64,000 nt of DNA, from NCBI GenBank assembly GCA_963806225.1, contig CAWDXG010000004.1, positions 1,792,001-1,856,000 of the forward strand. The letters run 5' to 3'. The DNA comes from an uncultured delta proteobacterium. Lineage in GTDB: Bacteria > Myxococcota_A > Polyangia > Polyangiales > Polyangiaceae. Below are positions 9,574 to 17,730 of this stretch, in pieces; within the stretch, counting starts at the first letter, position 1, and each line of letters opens with the position of its first letter. Below the pieces are notes generated by a model. That model was not told the DNA's origin. It made no database searches and saw only the letters and a program-made list of their open reading frames with translations. The position numbers and the translations under genes are program-made.

Positions 9574-9663
9574 CGTTGACGCTTGTCACGCGAATGTGAC
9601 TGCGTCTCGTCAACGTGACGCCAGAATCGCGCACATGCTGCGTCGCAATGATTTGCAGCATGT
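9574..9663. promoter_or_regulatory. Cluster of inverted repeats, candidate enhancer (UAS) sites
   Basis: GTCAC-N6-GTGAC (9585-9600), GTCTC-N6-GTGAC (9604-9619), ACATGCTGC-N13-GCAGCATGT (9633-9663). Confidence 0.5.
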
Positions 9664-9765
9664 TTTCGGCGCAATAGGCGCGCAGCCGATCCGGGAGAAG
9701 CGCACGAGGTGCGTCATACGGGCGTTTCGGCCGCAGGCACCTGCAACCAATGCGCGATTCGCCGC

Positions 9766-9781
9766 TGGCACGCCAGCTGCA
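9766..9781 (+). promoter_or_regulatory. Putative sigma-54 promoter for the cyc2-like operon
   Basis: TGGCACGCCAGCTGCA, GG-N10-GC, 50 nt upstream of ATG 9831 and directly downstream of a sigma-54 activator gene. Confidence 0.75.
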
Positions 9782-9830
9782 GCCCGGGGCCGCGAGACCA
9801 CCGGCTTCCCCCAAGACCAGGTCTGGAGAA

Positions 9831-11348
9831 ATGAAATACATCAATCCCCCCGTTCCCCCTTCTTCGCGGCTCCGTTCGCGAGCCTTCACCACGTGCCTCG
9901 CCGCGGTCCTAGCGGCTGTGTTCGCCTTCTTCGGCAACACCAAGAAGGCACACGCCGTTCCCTCTTTCGCACGCAAGTACAAGACGAGCTGCGTCACCTG
10001 CCACACCGTCTTCCCGAAGCTCAATCCCTTCGGTGAAGCGTTCCGTCGCGACGGCTTCCGCTTCCCCAGCAAGGACGGCAGCGTCGACAGCGACAACGTG
10101 CAGGCCGAGACGCTCCCACTCGGACAGGACGAGTACAAGAAGCTGTTCCCGAACTCGGTCTGGCCCGATTCGATCACGCAGGCAGCGCCGCTGTCGGTGC
10201 TGGTGATGGCGGGCACGGCGATAAATCTGCCAAAGACCGCCGCGCACGATGACGCCCAGAACACCTTCGCCTGGAACGACTTCATCGGCGAAGCCGCGAT
10301 CTTCGGGGCGGGCTCGCTCACCGACACCCTGACCTACTTCGTCGAGTTCAGCGTTGCAGATGGCGGGATTTCGCCCGAGCACGCGTTCCTCCAGTGGAAC
10401 GACATCGTCGGGCCGCGCCACGCCTTCAATCTGGTCGTCGGACGCATCATGCCCACGCTGACCAGTTTCGGGCAGCACAGCTCCTACGTGTTCGACCACC
10501 AGCTGTTGCAGGAAACATCGGTCGGGCAGCTCTACAACGACTCGGCTCCGGAAGACCCGCTCGGCGCGGCGTTCGGTCACGCCGACGGCATCGAGCTCAA
10601 CGGCGTGGTCGCACATTTCATCGACTACTCGCTCGGCTGGGTCGCCTCGGGCGTCGCCGACGGTATGGATTTCCACGCCCCCAACTCACAGGACGCGTAT
10701 GCGCACCTCGGCTTCAAGCTCTGCGGCATGTCGCTCGACGGCGAAGGGCGCTGCGGCGCACAGATAGCCAATCCGAAGAAGCCCTGGGCGGAAACATCCG
10801 CCACCCTCGACGTGTTCGGCTACCACGGCCGCATGAGGCTCAATGCCAACACCGATCCCGCGGGTCCGAACCCAAAGGATGACAACTTCAACACCATCGG
10901 CGGCGACCTGAATATCCAGCTGGGCTCTCTCGGATTCGTCGGCGGTGCCGAGTACGAACACCACGCAAACCCCTACGCGGGCGACCCCGGCGATCCCACC
11001 GCGACCCCGCCCGTGGCGCCCACGGACGTAACCGACTCGGCCGACGCGTTCATGCAGTTCAACGAGCTCGACTACGTGATCTTCCCCTGGCTCGTTCCTG
11101 CAGTGCGCACCGAGTACACCCGCATCAATACGAACCAGGGTGGCCACGCCGCGCTGCTCCGGGTCATGCCGGTCGTCAACATGCTCATCAATCCGAACCT
11201 GAAGGTCGCGGTGCAAGGCGACATCGAGCACACCCAAGGCGCCTCGACGCCGATTGGTGACTGGGGAGCCGCCGGCGGCATCATCGCCCCGGGCCAGAAC
11301 AAGACCGAGGCCGAGCAGATCCTCATGAATGTTGCCTGGGCCTTCTAG
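9831..11348 (+). CDS. cyc2: Cyc2-like fused monoheme cytochrome c / outer-membrane porin
   Basis: Signal peptide ending AHA, then VPSFARKYKTSCVTCHTVFPKLNPFGEAFRRDGF (Cyc2-type N-terminal motif, single CxxCH), beta-strand-like body, terminal Phe (NVAWAF). Start set at ATG 9831 (GGAG upstream). Confidence 0.78.
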   Translation: MKYINPPVPPSSRLRSRAFTTCLAAVLAAVFAFFGNTKKAHAVPSFARKYKTSCVTCHTVFPKLNPFGEAFRRDGFRFPSKDGSVDSDNVQAETLPLGQDEYKKLFPNSVWPDSITQAAPLSVLVMAGTAINLPKTAAHDDAQNTFAWNDFIGEAAIFGAGSLTDTLTYFVEFSVADGGISPEHAFLQWNDIVGPRHAFNLVVGRIMPTLTSFGQHSSYVFDHQLLQETSVGQLYNDSAPEDPLGAAFGHADGIELNGVVAHFIDYSLGWVASGVADGMDFHAPNSQDAYAHLGFKLCGMSLDGEGRCGAQIANPKKPWAETSATLDVFGYHGRMRLNANTDPAGPNPKDDNFNTIGGDLNIQLGSLGFVGGAEYEHHANPYAGDPGDPTATPPVAPTDVTDSADAFMQFNELDYVIFPWLVPAVRTEYTRINTNQGGHAALLRVMPVVNMLINPNLKVAVQGDIEHTQGASTPIGDWGAAGGIIAPGQNKTEAEQILMNVAWAF

Positions 11349-11377
11349 CCGCTGATTGAGAAAAGGAGCCTAAGAAG

Positions 11378-12214
11378 ATGAACCGCAAGAACTTGACCGG
11401 AATCGCCACGGCGATCGTGCTCGGGGGTACCCTGGCCGCGTGTTGCCCGTATGGCGACATGCCGGCAAACGAACCCGGCACGGCCAACGCAGCAGCCGCA
11501 CCGGCCGCGGCTGACACCCCCGCAGCCGCACCGGCACCGGCTGACACCTCCGCAGCCGCAGCGGCACCGGCTGCCGCAGCGGCACCGGACAACGGCACGG
11601 CCGCCGCGCCAGCGACACCGGGCGCCGCGGCAGCCAGCGGCGGTGCCGCGGCAGCAGCTGCACCGGCTGCCGCTGCGGCCGCGCCGTCAGCCGGCAGCGG
11701 CACGATCTCCGGCCAGGTCACGACGACGCCCGCCAAGTTTGGCAAGCACATCGTCGTGTGGCTGAACAGCGGCGGCCTGCCCGCGAAACCGAAGACGACG
11801 GAGATCGACCAGAAGAGCATGAAGTTCTTCCCGTACCTGACGGCGATCCCGGCCGGCAGCAAGGTCGTGTTCCGCAACAGCGACCCCTTCCCGCACAACG
11901 TCTTCAGCTCGGATGGCGACAAGTTCAACCTGGGCATGATGCCCTCGAAGTCCGCTCGCGTGCACGTGTTCAAGAAGGTCGGGGCGTACACGCTGCTCTG
12001 CCAGATCCATCCGGGAATGATCGCATACGTGTACGTCGTCCCTTCGAAGTACTACGCGGTTGCCGACAGCAACGGGAAGTACACCATCAAGAACGTCCCC
12101 AACGGCAGCTACAAGCTGTCGGCATGGGCTCCCAAACTTGCCGTGTCGACGACGAACGTCACGGTATCCGGCGCGACGGCAACTGCGTCGCTTCACCTGA
12201 AACGGGGAAACTGA
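11378..12214 (+). CDS. Lipoprotein with Ala/Pro linker, cupredoxin domain and carboxypeptidase-regulatory-like domain
   Basis: Lipobox LAAC; type-1 Cu ligand pattern PHNVF...CQIHPGM; DSNGKYTIKNVPNGSYKLSAW. Confidence 0.85.
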   Translation: MNRKNLTGIATAIVLGGTLAACCPYGDMPANEPGTANAAAAPAAADTPAAAPAPADTSAAAAAPAAAAAPDNGTAAAPATPGAAAASGGAAAAAAPAAAAAAPSAGSGTISGQVTTTPAKFGKHIVVWLNSGGLPAKPKTTEIDQKSMKFFPYLTAIPAGSKVVFRNSDPFPHNVFSSDGDKFNLGMMPSKSARVHVFKKVGAYTLLCQIHPGMIAYVYVVPSKYYAVADSNGKYTIKNVPNGSYKLSAWAPKLAVSTTNVTVSGATATASLHLKRGN

Positions 12215-12215
12215 A

Positions 12216-12776
12216 ATGCGAAATGTCATCCTAGTAGCTGCTCTCGCGTTGGCGGTTGCGCCGGGCTGCAGCAAGAAGAGCCACGCTTCGCCGCGCAAGG
12301 ACACGAAAACCAACACCCAGAAGAGCGCGGCCCCCACGCCGGCGCCGGCACCGAAGCCCGCCGCACCCGCCAGTGCAGCGCAGGCGCCGAGCAGCGCCGA
12401 AAAGGGGCCCACGGTAGAGCTGAAGCTCGATAGCGTGAAGAACCAGATGAAGTACGACAAGACCAAGCTCACCGTGAAGACGGGAGCAAAGGTCCATCTG
12501 ACCTTCCACAACGAGTCCACGCTCGACGTGCTGCCTCACAACTGGGTGCTGGTGAAGGCTGGAACCGAGGCCAAGGTGGCGAAGGCCGAGCTCGCCAGCA
12601 AGGCCGACGGCTACGTCGCGGCCAATCCGGACATCATCGCCCACACGCCTCTAGCCGAGAAGGGCAAGACCGTGGAGACGACTTTCACGGCTCCTGCTCC
12701 GGGCACCTACCCCTACATCTGCACCGTGCCCGGCCACTACATGGTCATGCACGGCCAGCTTGTGGTCACGCCCTAG
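12216..12776 (+). CDS. Azurin/auracyanin-like blue copper lipoprotein
   Basis: Lipobox-like APGC; HNWVL and GTYPYICTVPGHYMVMHG. Confidence 0.9.
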   Translation: MRNVILVAALALAVAPGCSKKSHASPRKDTKTNTQKSAAPTPAPAPKPAAPASAAQAPSSAEKGPTVELKLDSVKNQMKYDKTKLTVKTGAKVHLTFHNESTLDVLPHNWVLVKAGTEAKVAKAELASKADGYVAANPDIIAHTPLAEKGKTVETTFTAPAPGTYPYICTVPGHYMVMHGQLVVTP

Positions 12777-12807
12777 ACCAACCAGCAGCTCACTGGGAGT
12801 CCCTCCG

Positions 12808-12982
12808 ATGGGTTGGGAGCTCGCAGTCATCGTCCTCGTGGTTGTCGCTGCACTGCTGACTGCGAAGCTCCTCCCCAGACCTCCGACACAGTCGCCCGAG
12901 GAGATACTGAAGGAGCGCTACGCCAGAGGAGGAGATCGACGGCGCAGAGTACGAACAGAAAAAACACGACCTGGAAGGCTGA
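12808..12982 (+). CDS. Small membrane protein with SHOCT domain (one extra base near 12930)
   Basis: TM segment then EEILKERYARG; removing one G gives EIDGAEYEQKKHDLEG-stop. Confidence 0.7.
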
Positions 12983-13002
12983 CAGCAGCAGCTGAGGTCG
13001 AG

Positions 13003-13053
13003 AAGAGCACGAAGGCGCTCCCGCTTCTGAAGCCGGGGCGCCTTCGTGTTCTT
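13003..13053 (+). terminator. Hairpin / probable intrinsic terminator of the cyc2-like operon
   Basis: AAGAGCACGAAGGCGCTCC...GGGGCGCCTTCGTGTTCTT ending in a T-rich tract. Confidence 0.7.
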
Positions 13054-13158
13054 TGCGGCGGCGGCACGTGGCGCCCCGCCCGGGGTGAGCGGCAGGTAGC
13101 TGGTCTGCTCTTCCGCCGGACGCCCGGTCTGGTATGGTCCCGGCAAGAGGAGGTGCCG

Positions 13159-13758
13159 ATGAGAATCGTCGTCGTCGGAGCTACGGGAACGATCGGATCG
13201 AAGGTCGCCGACGCGCTGGCGCGCAAGCACGAGGTGCTGCGCGCGTCGCGCAAGGGCAACGTCAAGGTGGACATCGACAAGCCTGCGTCGATCCAGGAGA
13301 TGTTCGCGAGGATCGGCAAGGTCGATGCAGTCGTCTCCGCGGCTGGCAACGCGAGCTTCGGCAAGCTCACCGACCTCGGCGATGACGACTTCGAGCTCTC
13401 GCTCGGAAGCAAGCTGATGGGCCAGGTGAACGTGATCCGCCACGGGCTTTCGCACCTCGCTCCGGACGGTTCCATCACGGTCACCACCGGCGTCCTCAGC
13501 GCGCGGCCCATGCCGGGCAGCGCGGCGATCAGCCTCGTCAATGGCGGGCTGGAAGCGTTCGTGCGCGCCGCCGCGCTGGAGCTGGTCGACGGCAAGCGCG
13601 TCAACGCCGTCAGCCCCGGCTGGGTCAGCGAGACGCTGGAGAAGATGGGCATGGCCCCGTCGACCGGCACGCCCGCCGCGCGCGTGGCCGAGGTCTACGT
13701 GCGGGCGGTCGAAGGGAAGCAGAACGGCGAGATCCTCGAAGCATTCGACCTCGGCTGA
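13159..13758 (+). CDS. Short-chain dehydrogenase/reductase
   Basis: [21 protein letters not shown]ossmann motif; [10 protein letters not shown]. Confidence 0.9.
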   Translation: MRIVVVGATGTIGSKVADALARKHEVLRASRKGNVKVDIDKPASIQEMFARIGKVDAVVSAAGNASFGKLTDLGDDDFELSLGSKLMGQVNVIRHGLSHLAPDGSITVTTGVLSARPMPGSAAISLVNGGLEAFVRAAALELVDGKRVNAVSPGWVSETLEKMGMAPSTGTPAARVAEVYVRAVEGKQNGEILEAFDLG

Positions 13759-13771
13759 GGCCGGAAATGCA

Positions 13772-13809
13772 CGAAGGCGCTCCGGGTCCGGCGACCGGGA
13801 GCGCCTTCG
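13772..13809. terminator. Hairpin between convergent genes
   Basis: CGAAGGCGCTCC...GGAGCGCCTTCG. Confidence 0.7.
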
Positions 13810-13827
13810 GTTGTTGGTGCCCTGCGA

Positions 13828-14991
13828 TCAGGCGCGCTCGATGAGCCCCGCGGCGCCCATGCCACCGCCGATGCACATCGTAACGATGCCGCGCTTGGCG
13901 TCGCGGCGCTCCAGCTCGCGCAGGATCGTCGCGACCAGCTTGGCGCCGGTGCAACCGAGCGGATGCCCGAGAGCGATGGCGCCGCCGTTCGGGTTCAGCT
14001 TGTCGTCCGGGATGCCGAGCTCGCGCTGCACGTAGACGGACTGCGACGCGAACGCCTCGTTCAGCTCGATCACGTCGATGTCCTTCATCGAGAGGCCCGT
14101 CTGCTTGAAGAGCTTCCGCACCGCCGGGATCGGTCCGATACCCATGATGCCCGGGTCCACGCCGGCCGTCGTGAAGTGACGCAGGTACCCCTTCGGCTTC
14201 AGGCCGAGCGATTCGGCCTTCTCCTTCGTCATGACCAGCGCCGCGGCCGCGCCGTCGCTGAGCGGCGAGGCGTTGCCCGGCGTGACGCTGCCCTTCAGCG
14301 CAAAGCTCGGCTTCAGCTGGGAAAGCGCCTCGAGCGTCGTACCCTCGCGGATCAGCTCGTCCGTCCGGAAATCGAACCCGGTGTGCTTGCCATCGACGAA
14401 ACGGACGCCTTGCACGGTGACGATCTCGTCCTCGAAGTTGCCGGCCTTGCGCGCGGCGGCCGCCTTCTCCTGGCTCTTCACCGCAAACTCATCCTGCACC
14501 TCACGGCTGATCTCGAAGCGCTTGGCGACGTTCTCGGCCGTGATGCCCATGGGCGTGTAGACGCTGGGGTCCAGCTCCATGAGAGCCGGGCTGGCGCTGA
14601 TCTTGTAACCCGTCATGGGCACCATGCTCATCGACTCGACGCCGCCGGCGATGACGATGTCGTGCGAGCCGAGCGCGATGGCACCCGCGGCGAGCGCGAT
14701 GGCCTGCAGACCGCTCGAACAGAAGCGGTTGATGGTCATCGCGCTGGTTTCCTTGGGCAGTCCGGCGAGGAAACCCGCCGGGCGCGCGACGTTCAGCCCC
14801 TGCTCGCCTTCGGGCATGGCGCAGCCAAGCACCAGGTCCTCGACCATTTCAGGCTTCACCTGGGGTACGCGCGCGAGCAGCGCCTTGATGACTTCACCCG
14901 CGAGCTCGTCGGGGCGCTTCTGTGCGAGCGAGCCCTTGTGGGCCCTGCCGACCGCCGAACGGACGGCTTCCACGATTGCGATATCGACCAT
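13828..14991 (-). CDS. fadA: Acetyl-CoA C-acyltransferase (thiolase)
   Basis: [26 protein letters not shown]. Confidence 0.95.
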   Translation of the reverse strand: MVDIAIVEAVRSAVGRAHKGSLAQKRPDELAGEVIKALLARVPQVKPEMVEDLVLGCAMPEGEQGLNVARPAGFLAGLPKETSAMTINRFCSSGLQAIALAAGAIALGSHDIVIAGGVESMSMVPMTGYKISASPALMELDPSVYTPMGITAENVAKRFEISREVQDEFAVKSQEKAAAARKAGNFEDEIVTVQGVRFVDGKHTGFDFRTDELIREGTTLEALSQLKPSFALKGSVTPGNASPLSDGAAAALVMTKEKAESLGLKPKGYLRHFTTAGVDPGIMGIGPIPAVRKLFKQTGLSMKDIDVIELNEAFASQSVYVQRELGIPDDKLNPNGGAIALGHPLGCTGAKLVATILRELERRDAKRGIVTMCIGGGMGAAGLIERA

Positions 14992-15059
14992 GATCTTCTC
15001 CCGCTAGGCGCTTTGAAGACAGACAGCGCCTAGAGCTTCATCTGATTGGAGGAACCGGC

Positions 15060-15125
15060 GAGCGAGCGAGCCCGCGATGAGCGAAGCGAATCGCGTCGGG
15101 GGTCCGGGGGCGGTGAGCCCCCGGC
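15060..15125. repeat. REP-like structured intergenic element
   Basis: CGCGAT-GAGCGAAGCGA-ATCGCG and CCGGGGGC-GGTGA-GCCCCCGG hairpins; single copy in this window. Confidence 0.45.
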
Positions 15126-15163
15126 GGAGGATTCCGGTGGGGGTGGGTGGGACACAAACCATC

Positions 15164-17533
15164 CTAGTTCCTGAGCGGTTTGTTGTTCATCAGCATGTGC
15201 TGCATGCGGTCGAGGCTCTTCTGTTCGCCGCACAGGCTGATGAAGGTCTCACGTTCCAGGTCGAGCATCTGCTGCTCGGTGACGGGCGCCGCCGCGCCGC
15301 CCTCGCCGCCGCACAGGACGCGAGCCAGCTTGCGGGCAATGACGCCGTCGTATTCGGTGGCGTAGCCGCCAGCGACGAGCGTATCGACCAGCATACTGAT
15401 GGTGGCGATGCCGCTCTCGCCGGGCAGCTTGTACGCGCGCGGCGCCGGCGGGTGGTAGCCGGCCTCGGCCATGCCGATGGCGCGCGCCTTGGCTTCGGTC
15501 ACCAGCCTGGCCTTGTCGAAGCTGATGCCGTCGCTCTTCCTGAAATAGCCGTAGTGCTGGGCCATCTCCGCGCTGGTCGCCACGTTCGCCATCGCGATGT
15601 TCTTGAACACCGCTGCCACCAGCGACTGCACGATGATGTCCGAGCCTTCGACAATGCCTTCCAGAGCGCGCCACACCAGGTTCAGACAGCCGCCGCCGCC
15701 GGGGATCAGGCCCACGCCGACCTCGACCAGCCCGGCATAGGTCTCCGCGGCAGCCTGCACTGCATTCGAGGCGAGGCACACCTCGAGCCCGCCGCCCACG
15801 GCCATGCCGAAGGGCGCCGCCACGACCGGAACGCGCGAGTACTTCATGCGCTGACCGGCCTGCTGCAGAGCGTTCACCATATTGTCGAGCTCGTCCCACT
15901 GCTTCTGCTGCGCAGCGACCACGACGCCGAACAGGTTCGCACCCACACTGAAGTGATCACCCTGGTTGGCGATGATCATGGCGCGGAAGTCGCGCTCGGC
16001 GCGCTCCGTGGCCTCGCCCAGCATGGCGATCACCTCGGGGTCGATGCTGTTGGCCTTGCTCTTGTAGGTGAGCGCGAGCACACCGTCGCCGATGTCCCAG
16101 GCCTCGGCGCCGCTGTTGGTGAGCACGGGCGCGTTGCCCTTGCGCAGCACCGTGAGCGTCGCGTTGCGCGGATCGGTCTTCTGCTGGACGTATTCGCCCT
16201 TCGCCAGCTCGAACACCTTGCCGTCGGCGTAGAAGGCCTTGGCCCCCGACGCCTTCATCTTCTTGACGCTCGCGGGCAGCTCGATGCCGTCCTTCTCCAT
16301 GCGCTCGACCACTCGCTCGAAGCCCATGGCGTCCCAGGTCTCGAAGGGACCGAGCTCCCAGTTATAGCCCCAGCGCATCGAATCATCGATAGCGACGATG
16401 CTGTCGCTGATCTCGCCGACCATCTTCGCCGAGTAGGCGAGCGCGCGCGAAGTGACCTTCCACGCGAACTTCCCCGCGGGGCCGTCGTCCTCGAAGAGCT
16501 TCTTCACCCGTTCGCGCGGATCCTCGATGCCGCCGATTTCCTTGCACTTCGAGCGGATGTCGCCGTTGCCGCCGCGGGCGCGGTACTTCTTGTCATAGGG
16601 GTCGAAGGTCTCGATGCCTTCCTTCGTCTTCTTGTAGAAGCCGCCCCTGGTCTTGTTGCCGAGCAGCTTCTGCTCGACCATGCCGCGGATGTACTCCGGC
16701 AGCTTGAAGACCTCGCGTTCCGGGTCCTCGGCGAGCGCCTCGTAGCAGTTGTCGGCCACGTGCATCACCGTGTCGAGGCCGACCATGTCCGCGGTGCGGA
16801 AGCTGGCGCTCTTCGGATGCGCCATGGGCGGGCCGGTGATCGCGTCCACGTCCTCGGGAGCCAGCTTGTCCTCCAGCATCTGGTGGATCCCGACCAGCAT
16901 GGCGTGCGTGCCGATGCGGTTGCCCACGAAGTTCGGCGTGTCCAGGGCGTGCACGATGCCCTTGCCGAGCACGTCCTCGCCGAAGCGCTGCACGCGCTCG
17001 ATAACGGCGGGATCCGTTTCCGGACCGGCCACGAGCTCCAGCAGCTTCATGTAGCGGACCGGGTTGAAGAAATGCATCACGCAGAAGTGCTTCTTGAAGC
17101 GGTCGCTGCGGCCTTCGACCATGTTGTGGATGCGGAGGCCCGAGGTGTTGGAGGCCACGATGGTGGTCGGCTTCACCACCTTCTCGAGCCGCTCGAACAG
17201 CTTCTGCTTGATGTCGAGCCGCTCGATGATCGCCTCGACGATCAGGTCGCACTCACCGAGCTTGTCGAGGTCGTCCTCGAGGTTGCCGGTCTCGACCAGC
17301 GCGGCACGGCTCTTGTGGAAGAAGGCCGCCGGCTTGGCCTTGATGGCTCCCTGTAGCCCGTTGTCGGCGAAACGGTTCTTCGCCGAGCGCTGCTTCTTCT
17401 CGTCGTCGGAGAGCTTGGGCGGAACGATGTCGAGCAGAAGCACCGGCACGCTCGCGTTGGCGAGGTGTGCCGCAATGCCACTGCCCATGACGCCCGCTCC
17501 GATGACGCCCACGCGCCGAATCGGTTCAGTCAT
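15164..17533 (-). CDS. fadN: 3-hydroxyacyl-CoA dehydrogenase / enoyl-CoA hydratase (FadN-type domain order)
   Basis: GAGVMGSGIA, SNTSG, HFFNP at the N-terminus; crotonase motifs GGGLE and GLVEVGVGLIPGGGG at the C-terminus. Confidence 0.92.
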   Translation of the reverse strand: MTEPIRRVGVIGAGVMGSGIAAHLANASVPVLLLDIVPPKLSDDEKKQRSAKNRFADNGLQGAIKAKPAAFFHKSRAALVETGNLEDDLDKLGECDLIVEAIIERLDIKQKLFERLEKVVKPTTIVASNTSGLRIHNMVEGRSDRFKKHFCVMHFFNPVRYMKLLELVAGPETDPAVIERVQRFGEDVLGKGIVHALDTPNFVGNRIGTHAMLVGIHQMLEDKLAPEDVDAITGPPMAHPKSASFRTADMVGLDTVMHVADNCYEALAEDPEREVFKLPEYIRGMVEQKLLGNKTRGGFYKKTKEGIETFDPYDKKYRARGGNGDIRSKCKEIGGIEDPRERVKKLFEDDGPAGKFAWKVTSRALAYSAKMVGEISDSIVAIDDSMRWGYNWELGPFETWDAMGFERVVERMEKDGIELPASVKKMKASGAKAFYADGKVFELAKGEYVQQKTDPRNATLTVLRKGNAPVLTNSGAEAWDIGDGVLALTYKSKANSIDPEVIAMLGEATERAERDFRAMIIANQGDHFSVGANLFGVVVAAQQKQWDELDNMVNALQQAGQRMKYSRVPVVAAPFGMAVGGGLEVCLASNAVQAAAETYAGLVEVGVGLIPGGGGCLNLVWRALEGIVEGSDIIVQSLVAAVFKNIAMANVATSAEMAQHYGYFRKSDGISFDKARLVTEAKARAIGMAEAGYHPPAPRAYKLPGESGIATISMLVDTLVAGGYATEYDGVIARKLARVLCGGEGGAAAPVTEQQMLDLERETFISLCGEQKSLDRMQHMLMNNKPLRN

Positions 17534-17730
17534 GTCGTGCCTCGTTCATCAGGAGAAAACCCGGCGCGCCGGTACCCGCTCGGGCACAGGCCGGGGGCGG
17601 AAACGTTGTTCCGGAGCGCATGGAACGCAAGTCCGACCCCTGACAGCGGCTGGAAGCGGCGTTCCCAGCGCCGCCGCCTCGACGGGGCTGGGAACGCCGC
17701 TGTGATATTTTCTAGGGTTGGAGTGGTGCA

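Noticed and set aside
9750..9830. Longer N-terminus for the Cyc2-like gene
   Set aside because: It would overlap the sigma-54 motif; ATG 9831 has a GGAG RBS.
12760..13758. 332-aa ORF fusing a membrane segment to the SDR
   Set aside because: Artefact of the SHOCT frameshift reading through a terminator; the SDR has its own RBS and ATG at 13159.
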